Below, piece by piece: positions 24,865-32,000 of a stretch of DNA of 32,000 bases (positions are counted from its first letter, which is position 1; each line of letters opens with the position of its first letter). The notes beneath the pieces are model-generated. The model was given only the letters and a program-made list of their open reading frames with translations. It ran no database searches and was not told the origin of the DNA. Source of the stretch: Promethearchaeota archaeon (lineage in GTDB: Archaea > Asgardarchaeota > Lokiarchaeia > Sigyniarchaeales > Promethearchaeaceae); NCBI GenBank assembly GCA_016933055.1, contig JAFGBS010000008.1:60001-92000 (forward strand), given 5' to 3'. The position numbers were made by a program, and so were the translations under genes.

Positions 24865-26264
24865 AGTTCTTTTTCCTCTTTTTTCAAAGTAAATTGCATT
24901 TTCCCTACTTTTGACCATAATTTCTCTGCTTTTTCTTTCCATTCCGGAAATAATACCAATTTCTCTGGAAAATTCTCATAATGTTCTCGGATCTCACCAG
25001 ATAGTTTCATAGAATTAAGCATTGAACGTATTGCCATAAGAGAGATGTTCCCAGATAGTAAGCCTCCTAAAAAGGTAGTTGTAACTTTAGTCATCCTACT
25101 TCTCGATAATTTCAATTCATAATGATTGTTCATATCCTCAAAATCCTTGGAACTAAAGATAATATCTTTTTTGAATAAGAAATTCATATCTTTTGAGGAG
25201 ATATTTGCAGCATCTGGAATTTGAGATAACAAAGCGGCAAGTTTTGCACCTTGATTACGAAAATAACGAACATTTATGCTCCATAAATCTTTTCTTGAAA
25301 GATATTCTGGTGAATTCTCTCTAGTTAAAATTTCATGAATTCCTTCAATAATAAGAGTACATGCACCCCATGCGCACTTAATTCCCTCTCCTGAATGAGG
25401 TTCGGTCATACACGCAGAATCTCCTACACAAACAAAAGCATCTCCCACCAATGAGTATGGGCTTCGTCTGTATGTTGTGAGACCACGATGTTCTTCAATT
25501 AATTTATAAACTGGAGTAGTATAGGCCTCTTTAAATATCTCAAATGCTTTCTCTGCATTTTGATATCCACCGGGTTGCCCATTTCCAAAGATATTTGCAT
25601 TTTGCTTGTAATGTTGCGCAAACCACGTTTTATAAAACGTAAACGAAATATTTTTTTCTATCCTAGTCGGGTTTTCATCTGGATCTTCCCATTCTACAAC
25701 TCGTTGTATCACATACATTTTCTCCGAATCATCGATATCAAAAGTTTCTACATTATAACTCTCAGGTAGTGATCGTCGAACCACTGCAGCAGTACCGCTG
25801 CAATCAACTATAACTTTACCGTAATACTCCAATACCACATCATATTTCAGGATTTTCACTCCTTGGAGTATTCCGTCCTCATATATTCCCTCTTTAAATT
25901 CTGCTTCAAACTCAAATGCCACTCCTGCTTCTTTTGCCATCTTTATTAGTCGTTGTACGAAAAATTGAAATCGCATCGCATAAATAGGATAATGCATGAA
26001 TTTTCTGTGTTCAAAATTAGGGGAAACATGTGTTGTTCCTTCTAAGGTTGCAATCCATTCATCTGTCCCCTCGTCTGGCGGGGAGATCTTGTATTGTGAA
26101 AATGCAGATTTTGCTAGGTGGAATTGATCCATTTTCTTCCCACATTGCGCTTCTATCTCACGTTCAATTATAATAACCGAATGGTTGAGTAGTGCAAGTT
26201 TTAAACCTAAAAATACACCAGCTGTTCCTGCACCTACGATAATTACATCAAAGCGATTTTTCAT
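24861..26264 (-). CDS. FAD-dependent oxidoreductase, geranylgeranyl-reductase/FixC (COG0644) family
   Basis: VIIVGAGTAG Rossmann motif, IVDCSG, and VCVGDSACMTEPHSGEGI. Stop codon overlaps the convergent mae stop (TTAA, 24861-24864). Confidence 0.78.
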   Translation of the reverse strand: MKNRFDVIIVGAGTAGVFLGLKLALLNHSVIIIEREIEAQCGKKMDQFHLAKSAFSQYKISPPDEGTDEWIATLEGTTHVSPNFEHRKFMHYPIYAMRFQFFVQRLIKMAKEAGVAFEFEAEFKEGIYEDGILQGVKILKYDVVLEYYGKVIVDCSGTAAVVRRSLPESYNVETFDIDDSEKMYVIQRVVEWEDPDENPTRIEKNISFTFYKTWFAQHYKQNANIFGNGQPGGYQNAEKAFEIFKEAYTTPVYKLIEEHRGLTTYRRSPYSLVGDAFVCVGDSACMTEPHSGEGIKCAWGACTLIIEGIHEILTRENSPEYLSRKDLWSINVRYFRNQGAKLAALLSQIPDAANISSKDMNFLFKKDIIFSSKDFEDMNNHYELKLSRSRMTKVTTTFLGGLLSGNISLMAIRSMLNSMKLSGEIREHYENFPEKLVLFPEWKEKAEKLWSKVGKMQFTLKKEEKEL

Positions 26265-26337
26265 ACCTATTTGTATTTAGATAGGGTAAAAATACATTTT
26301 GGAATGGATTTCATAAAATCTTTCGTGAACAATGAGT

Positions 26338-27600
26338 TCACGCATTTGAAGATCCCTCAATCATTACTTTCGTTCCATGAGGAATGATATATATTGACTT
26401 GTCATGGGTGACTAGTTGGTCTATCAGAGTTTGTACATTGTCCACATATTTCACTTGTAAACATTCTTCAACGTACTCGCAAGGCAAATCGGTTATATAG
26501 TATACATCATGCTCTTCGATGAATTTTCTATATAAATATACATTGTGCATGCCTTGTTCATATTCATGAGTTTGTAAATATTTTAAAATCGATTGTGAAT
26601 CAGGGAATTGCTCGAGGTACTGTTGAAATGCGGGAATCCCTAATCCCTTCTCACATTTAATAAAATAGAGGACTATACCCTTAGGTTTGACCGCAGTTTG
26701 GCATTGCATTATTGCTTTCATGCTTTGTTGATAATTACTATCAAATGGATACCCCCCTGCGCTTAATATCAATACATCAGCAGCTTTATTAATTGAAATA
26801 GTGCAAGTTGGTTTGTATTTTTCTACAGCTTGCATAAATGCGTCATTCAACGCTCCACTTTTGATGTCTAAAATATTCCCATAACTATCTAAATTGACAT
26901 TAATTACGAAATCTGCCCCGGCTGCTTCTGCCGCTTCTTGCATGTCTTTGTGAATGGGATTAGATTCAATATTACCTGGGTAGATCCCTTGCATCACTAG
27001 TGCATGATTTTTATTAATAGACTTGGCTGAGGCAACTCCGGGAAATACAGATTTTCTATCTCCTCCGAATCCCGCAAAATAATGCAACGTAACATCGGAA
27101 ACCACTATCTTAAAATCGGCATTTGCATAAACGCTATTTATTTGTATGGGGGTTCCGCGAGAGGTTTCTCCGAAATATATATATTCAGAATTGCGTTGGT
27201 CGTTCCATTTAATGGTGTAGAAATCTACAACATATTGACCGAATAAAGAAATTAATTCCTCAAAAGTTGGTTCTCTATGGACTCCAGTAGCAATCAGTAT
27301 CGTTATAGACTCTTTTGAAATTCCATAATTTTCCATGTATCTTAACAAGGGTATCAAAATTTTATCGTGAGGGAATTTTCGGGTCTGATCATCAACTACA
27401 ATGGTAATCGTTTGAGGTTTACTCGCCTCTAGCAATTTATGCAATGGTTTAGAAAAAATTGGATTTTTAAATGTAGAGAACAACAAATCTTCTGGATTTT
27501 CTATAACTTTTTGCTCTGGTAATTTGAGTTCGGTAACACCCACTCCCTCTGGTAGCCTAAAGGAAATCTTTGATTTCCCATAAGGCAATGCAAATTCCAT
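26338..27600 (-). CDS. larA: LarA-family nickel-pincer-dependent alpha-hydroxy-acid racemase/epimerase
   Basis: IVVDDQTR, IATGVHR, HYFAGFGGDRKSVFPG and SAGGYPFDSNYQQSMKAI, with both cofactor-contacting Lys positions and the catalytic His positions present. Substrate unknown. Confidence 0.88.
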   Translation of the reverse strand: MEFALPYGKSKISFRLPEGVGVTELKLPEQKVIENPEDLLFSTFKNPIFSKPLHKLLEASKPQTITIVVDDQTRKFPHDKILIPLLRYMENYGISKESITILIATGVHREPTFEELISLFGQYVVDFYTIKWNDQRNSEYIYFGETSRGTPIQINSVYANADFKIVVSDVTLHYFAGFGGDRKSVFPGVASAKSINKNHALVMQGIYPGNIESNPIHKDMQEAAEAAGADFVINVNLDSYGNILDIKSGALNDAFMQAVEKYKPTCTISINKAADVLILSAGGYPFDSNYQQSMKAIMQCQTAVKPKGIVLYFIKCEKGLGIPAFQQYLEQFPDSQSILKYLQTHEYEQGMHNVYLYRKFIEEHDVYYITDLPCEYVEECLQVKYVDNVQTLIDQLVTHDKSIYIIPHGTKVMIEGSSNA

Positions 27601-27716
27601 ACTTATTCACAATTTACCTTTTCTAAATAATTTTTCTCTAAAGGGTAAAATCATCAAATCTATTAGCTTGAGTGAACTAAGCAAGTTATGTTACGAAAAT
27701 TTAGACTGTGAAAACT

Positions 27717-28583
27717 ATGAAATTAATTACCTATTATCGAAATAAAGTTGAGGAAACCGGAATATTATTGGATGAAAATATTATTCCCTTGGATGTGTTA
27801 AATGACGTGTTTGGTTGGCACTTTCCAAACCATTTAGACGAGATTTTCAAATCCGATTCATTTACGAAATTAGCACACAATGTGAAAAACATCAATCTTG
27901 ATATGAGTCAATTTGAAGGATATGATTCCTACCAACTAACCAATATAAAGATCGCTCCATTATACCGCCATCCCCCCAAAATATGGGGGATCGGTTTAAA
28001 TTATAGAGATCATGCAGCAGATTTGGAGGAAAAAACACCTTCCTTAATCCCTGCTAGTTTTATGAAAGCGGACACCACAATAATTGGACCGGGAGAAACA
28101 ATTCAATTACCCAAGGTAGCCGAAAAAACTACTGGTGAAGCGGAACTTGGAATAATAATCGGGAAAAAATGTAAAAACATACATCACCTAAATTGGTTAG
28201 AAGCCGTTGCCGGGTTTACGTGTATAATTGATATGACTGCAGAAAGTATTTTACGAAAGAATCCTCGTTATCTAACACTAAGTAAGAATTTCGATACATT
28301 TTTCTCTTTCGGACCGGTTCTTATAACTCCTGAGGAAGTTATGGATATCAATTCACTCCAAGTAGCGACAATATTGAACGGGGAAATTCATGCGAAAAAT
28401 ATGATTTGCAACATGACCTTCCCACCCGATTTTTTGGTGTCTTTCCATTCAGAGGTAATGACTTTATTACCTGGTGATATTATATCAACTGGAACACCAC
28501 GAGCAGTGGAAATAAAACCAGGAGATAATATAGGTTGCTCAATTTCGGGATTTCCTATTTTGAATAATCCTGTAGCGGGATAA
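27717..28583 (+). CDS. Fumarylacetoacetate hydrolase (FAH) family protein
   Basis: IWGIGLNYRDHA, FMKADT, GEAELGIIIGK, SKNFDTF..FGP and LLPGDIISTGTP. ATG 27717 preferred over GTG 27708. Confidence 0.92.
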   Translation: MKLITYYRNKVEETGILLDENIIPLDVLNDVFGWHFPNHLDEIFKSDSFTKLAHNVKNINLDMSQFEGYDSYQLTNIKIAPLYRHPPKIWGIGLNYRDHAADLEEKTPSLIPASFMKADTTIIGPGETIQLPKVAEKTTGEAELGIIIGKKCKNIHHLNWLEAVAGFTCIIDMTAESILRKNPRYLTLSKNFDTFFSFGPVLITPEEVMDINSLQVATILNGEIHAKNMICNMTFPPDFLVSFHSEVMTLLPGDIISTGTPRAVEIKPGDNIGCSISGFPILNNPVAG

Positions 28584-28676
28584 TTTTAAACAATTCTTTT
28601 GACGACAAAATATTATTCCCAATTTGTACATTGGAAGATGAAAAATTATAAGATTCTTCAAAGATCCAATGGTGGA

Positions 28677-29807
28677 TTAAGATGGTTTTATAACTATAGG
28701 GAGATCGTTAATGTCCAAACCTATTGCAGTATGATCATCTCTACCTACCAAAGTAGTGGCTGCAAGCATACCCTTGTATATTGCTTCCTGAATCATCTCG
28801 TTAACCGCTCTAAAAGCATATTCCATTAAAGAGGAATAATCATTAACAATATCACAAGTTTGGATGGGTTCACGATTCTCCATAGAAATTTGATTTGCCG
28901 TGGAAAAAGCAAAGATGAAATCTCCGGAAGTATTTGAAATGCTCGAACCTGTGCGAATAATACCGTTTATTCCTCGTTTGGACAAACGATTTAACTGTCG
29001 AGATTCCATGGGAATATCTGTTGCTATAATTACAATAATGGATCCGTGAACGTTTTTTGCGCTTGATTTAGGTTTAATTCGTCCTTTCGGAAAATATTTT
29101 TTTTCATCTAGTGTTTCAGCCATTCGGTACCCATAGAAAAGAAAATCTTCGAAAATACCAAAATTGGGAAAGACTACCGTCCCGATGTGGAAATCTTTAT
29201 TCGAATTAACCAAGTTCTTATCTAAAACTCGTGAGGCAGTCCCCATTCCGCTTTTCAATTGAAATACTTGAAAACCCGTACATGCTCCAATATTGCCCTC
29301 TTCAACCTGTGTAGTGCATTTAGCATCTCTAATTGCTTGAAAAACATGGTCCGTCTTTACATGACGTCCTTGGATATCATTCAGATAACTATCGTTACAT
29401 TCAGCCACAACTGGGGAAATGGATCCCGTTGTAATTCCAATCTGCGGACTTTCTTGGATCATGTACTCCACAAGAGCATCGTAGACTAATCCTACATTTA
29501 GTGTTCCTGTTATCGCAATTGGGGACTCAATACAACCCAATTCCTGAATTTGAGGGATTCCTGTAGACTTTCCGAACCCATTTGCGACATGAACGCTTGC
29601 TCTAACTTTATGTTTGAAAAGGTTCTCTTGATGAGGAAGCACGATCGTCACTCCTGTTCTTATAGGCCCTTTTGACGGCGTTAATTTTCCCTTTCCCTCA
29701 ATTATCGTGTAATGTCCTATCGAAACTCCGGGAACATCAATTATAGAGTTAGTTTTTCCCGTAGGTAAAAAACCACAGTTCCATCCTAGACTTCTTAACT
29801 CTACCAT
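28677..29807 (-). CDS. dmpA: DmpA/P1-family (S58) L-aminopeptidase/D-esterase, self-processing Ntn-like peptidase
   Basis: NSIIDVPGVSIGH, TGVTIVLP, NGFGKSTG, VVAECNDSYLND, EEGNIGA and GTASR. Autocleavage site G|SIIVIIATD. Confidence 0.9.
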   Translation of the reverse strand: MVELRSLGWNCGFLPTGKTNSIIDVPGVSIGHYTIIEGKGKLTPSKGPIRTGVTIVLPHQENLFKHKVRASVHVANGFGKSTGIPQIQELGCIESPIAITGTLNVGLVYDALVEYMIQESPQIGITTGSISPVVAECNDSYLNDIQGRHVKTDHVFQAIRDAKCTTQVEEGNIGACTGFQVFQLKSGMGTASRVLDKNLVNSNKDFHIGTVVFPNFGIFEDFLFYGYRMAETLDEKKYFPKGRIKPKSSAKNVHGSIIVIIATDIPMESRQLNRLSKRGINGIIRTGSSISNTSGDFIFAFSTANQISMENREPIQTCDIVNDYSSLMEYAFRAVNEMIQEAIYKGMLAATTLVGRDDHTAIGLDINDLPIVIKPS

Positions 29808-29896
29808 TTCTCTTCACTGACAATTTGTCATCAATGTGTATCTAACACGAAGATTTAAAATTTATCAGAGTAAATGGTGTTTTAGGTGAATGAGTT

Positions 29897-31294
29897 ATGG
29901 GTTTTCTGGATGAGAATTATTTATTAACAAATGATACAGCAAAAAGACTATTTAACATTATTAAATCGCTTCCTATTGTAGATGCTCATAACCATAGTGA
30001 CGCTCATGAAATAGCTGAAAACGAGAATTATACCGATATCTGGCAAGCAGAAGTGGCCACCGATCATTATATTTGGGAGTTAATGAGAAAGCGGGGCGTT
30101 TCTGAGACATTCATCACTGGAACTGCGACTAATGAAGAAAAATGGATGAAATTAGCTGAAATCTTTGAGGACTTGGTGGGCAATCCTGTATATGAATGGG
30201 TACATCTAGATTTACGTCAACGCTTAGGGATTACTGAACTCATTTCGAAAACTACTGCTCAATCGATTTGGAATCAAGCGATACATATTCTTCAACAAGA
30301 AAATAAACGTCCGCAACAAATTCTAAAAGAAATGTCTGTAGAATCCATGTGTACTACTAATGATCCCATTGATCTGTTAGCTGATCATAAAAAATTAATG
30401 GATATTTATGGGAAAGGATATATCCGTCCAACATGGAGACCCGATAATGCCATGAATATTTTTAGGCCTACTTGGGTAGAATACGTGGAAAAACTGGGGC
30501 AGAGAGTAGAGAAATACCCTCTCACTCTTGATGATTTCATAGAGGCTTTGAGAACTACTCATGATTATTTTGCAGAATTCGGGTGTATAACTAGTGATCA
30601 TGGTATGCTAATTCCTCTAGGTTTTGAAGTAAATAAGGAAGATGTTGAAGATATTTATGAACGTCGCATCAATGATGAAGAAACCACGGAAGAAGAGCAC
30701 ATGTTATTCATGAGTTACATGTTACATGAATTTGCACAAATGGATGTGGAAAAAGGGTGGGTTATGCAATTACACATTGGAGCAGTTCGTGATGCAAGAG
30801 AATCATTATTGACTATTATTGGACCAGATAGTGGAGGGGACATTTCTAATCATACGGTAGAAATTGTAGATTCCTTACTTGACCTTCTTAATTCTTATGA
30901 TGAGAAAAATCCTATACTTGATCCAAAATATCGTGGATTAAAAGTGGTATTATATTGCCTTGATCCTTCTCATCAACCAACTTTAGCAACAATTACACGT
31001 GCATTTGGTAAAAACGTGAATTTAGGTGCAGCTTGGTGGTTCAATGACACTCCTATAGGAATGAAAAGACAACTGGAATATATTTCATCGGTGGATTTGT
31101 TAATGAACTATGCAGGGATGGTAACCGATTCCCGTAAATTATTGTCCTATGGGTCCCGAACTGAAATGTTTCGTAGAGTATTAGCGGATGTGTTGGGATC
31201 TATGGTGGAAAAAGGGCAGATCCCCGAAGAGTTGGCAATTAAAACTGCAAAACATGTGTGTTACGACGGTCCAAAGCATTTTTTTGGATTTTAA
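29897..31294 (+). CDS. uxaC: Uronate (glucuronate) isomerase
   Basis: LPIVDAHNH, GNPVYEWVHLDL, QLHIGAVR, GAAWWFNDT and GMVTDSRKLLSYGSRTEMFRRVL. SD-like GGTGA upstream. Confidence 0.95.
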   Translation: MGFLDENYLLTNDTAKRLFNIIKSLPIVDAHNHSDAHEIAENENYTDIWQAEVATDHYIWELMRKRGVSETFITGTATNEEKWMKLAEIFEDLVGNPVYEWVHLDLRQRLGITELISKTTAQSIWNQAIHILQQENKRPQQILKEMSVESMCTTNDPIDLLADHKKLMDIYGKGYIRPTWRPDNAMNIFRPTWVEYVEKLGQRVEKYPLTLDDFIEALRTTHDYFAEFGCITSDHGMLIPLGFEVNKEDVEDIYERRINDEETTEEEHMLFMSYMLHEFAQMDVEKGWVMQLHIGAVRDARESLLTIIGPDSGGDISNHTVEIVDSLLDLLNSYDEKNPILDPKYRGLKVVLYCLDPSHQPTLATITRAFGKNVNLGAAWWFNDTPIGMKRQLEYISSVDLLMNYAGMVTDSRKLLSYGSRTEMFRRVLADVLGSMVEKGQIPEELAIKTAKHVCYDGPKHFFGF

Positions 31295-31295
31295 A

Positions 31296-32000
31296 CTAAG
31301 TTTGAGCCGATTTACTTCTTCGTTTAATTTGTTGTATATTAGCTAGAACAAGTCGTCTCATATTAGGACTCATAGTCGCACCTGTTACTTCAGCGTCGTA
31401 AACTAGAAAAGGGATCTGATTATCAAGATATATAGGTTTAAGAATTGCTTGTGATATTCGATATGGTAAACAGAACTGTGGTCCAATTAAGATTAAAGAG
31501 TCGAATGCATTTCCGTGGATTGTCTCCATTCCTTTTCCAATTGCAGGGATTGATTCTCCAAAAATTTTGGGACTTATCAAGGATTGCGCATTTGCAAAAA
31601 TCTGTTCGATATTAGTAGGATGCGAATACAATAATCCAGTTCTTTCAAATCTTTTTCGCATAGATCGCTCTACCCATTCCATAAAGCGCAAGGATACTTT
31701 ACTCGCCAGTATTTGGCTTTTTAAATTTGTGGTACCGCTGACCATTTTGCCAAAATACAATCCATACAAAAGAAGTTCAAATAAATCCGTGGATTTTATG
31801 ATCACGCCATGTTGATTGTAGATTTTACTAAGCTCTCTTAGGAAAAAGGGGCTAAATCTCACAAAAAAATCTCCTGAGACCAGAACTTTTGGATATTCCC
31901 TAGGATTTGAGGATCGTGGTATCGTTTTGACTTTTCGAATGAGTTTTCTTATTGCTTTGCGGGACTTCCTCAATTTAGTTGCTGAATCAAGAAATTCTGT
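31296..32000 (-). CDS. C-terminal part of a 2-hydroxyacyl-CoA dehydratase / CoA-substrate-specific activase-related protein (COG3581-like); 5' end outside the window
   Basis: The frame is open from base 32000 (TEFLDSATKLRKS...), so the track's TTG at 31973 is not a true start. Motifs PKVLVSGDFFVR, FGESIPAIG, DSLILIGPQFCLP and PFLVYDAE. Confidence 0.62.
   Translation of the reverse strand, partial: TEFLDSATKLRKSRKAIRKLIRKVKTIPRSSNPREYPKVLVSGDFFVRFSPFFLRELSKIYNQHGVIIKSTDLFELLLYGLYFGKMVSGTTNLKSQILASKVSLRFMEWVERSMRKRFERTGLLYSHPTNIEQIFANAQSLISPKIFGESIPAIGKGMETIHGNAFDSLILIGPQFCLPYRISQAILKPIYLDNQIPFLVYDAEVTGATMSPNMRRLVLANIQQIKRRSKSAQT

Noticed and set aside
29272-29304. DmpA GACTG instead of the usual GAGTG as a sign of inactivation
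   Set aside because: It is a single substitution, the Gly-Ser autocleavage site and other motifs are intact, and it could be natural variation.
31971-31973. TTG start for the last ORF
   Set aside because: The frame remains open to the window edge, so the gene is truncated by the window.
1-32000. Selenocysteine/pyrrolysine read-through genes
   Set aside because: ORFs ending in TGA or TAG end at natural family lengths or abut the next gene. I saw no motif continuing past a stop.
1-32000. CRISPR array, tRNA, rRNA, IS element
   Set aside because: No regularly spaced repeats, no cloverleaf with T-loop consensus, no GC-rich structured tract, and no transposase or terminal inverted repeats in the intergenic gaps (2343-2535, 4348-4883, 12002-12469).

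Overview
AT-rich (about one-third GC, judged by eye), gene-dense archaeal DNA. It is most likely from an Asgard archaeon of the Loki/Promethearchaeota type (inference). The support is an archaeal tRNA-splicing endonuclease subunit, a PIN-ATPase (PINA), TATA-like promoters and an IPGF-TM-basic C-terminal sorting tail. Left to right: partial MFS sugar-type permease, NagB-like isomerase/deaminase, amidohydrolase, then a peptide/nickel-family ABC importer locus. That locus has a divergent glycosylation-rich binding protein, two unknown genes, OppB, OppC, a giant OppD and OppF. Next come a tandem-GNAT protein, a HExxH protein, a hydrogenase-maturation-protease homolog, an EndA-family subunit, PINA, a type IIG-like N6-adenine methyltransferase, an ATP-grasp ligase and an LVIVD propeller. 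The right end holds malic enzyme, a GGR-like flavoprotein, a LarA-family racemase, an FAH-family protein, a DmpA peptidase, UxaC and a partial CoA-dehydratase/activase-related gene. No rRNA, tRNA, CRISPR array or transposase was seen. The best lead is the 821-aa OppD. It carries an in-frame, about 460-aa Glu/Lys-rich coiled-coil insertion between the Q-loop and the ABC signature, the same site where SMC/Rad50 carry their arms, and it sits in an operon with an extra translationally coupled membrane protein. Further leads are an EndA subunit lacking the catalytic Tyr and His, a PINA whose KH domain appears replaced by a charge-blocked disordered linker, and an apparently nuclease-dead type IIG methyltransferase. 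All family calls come from recalled motifs, not database searches.
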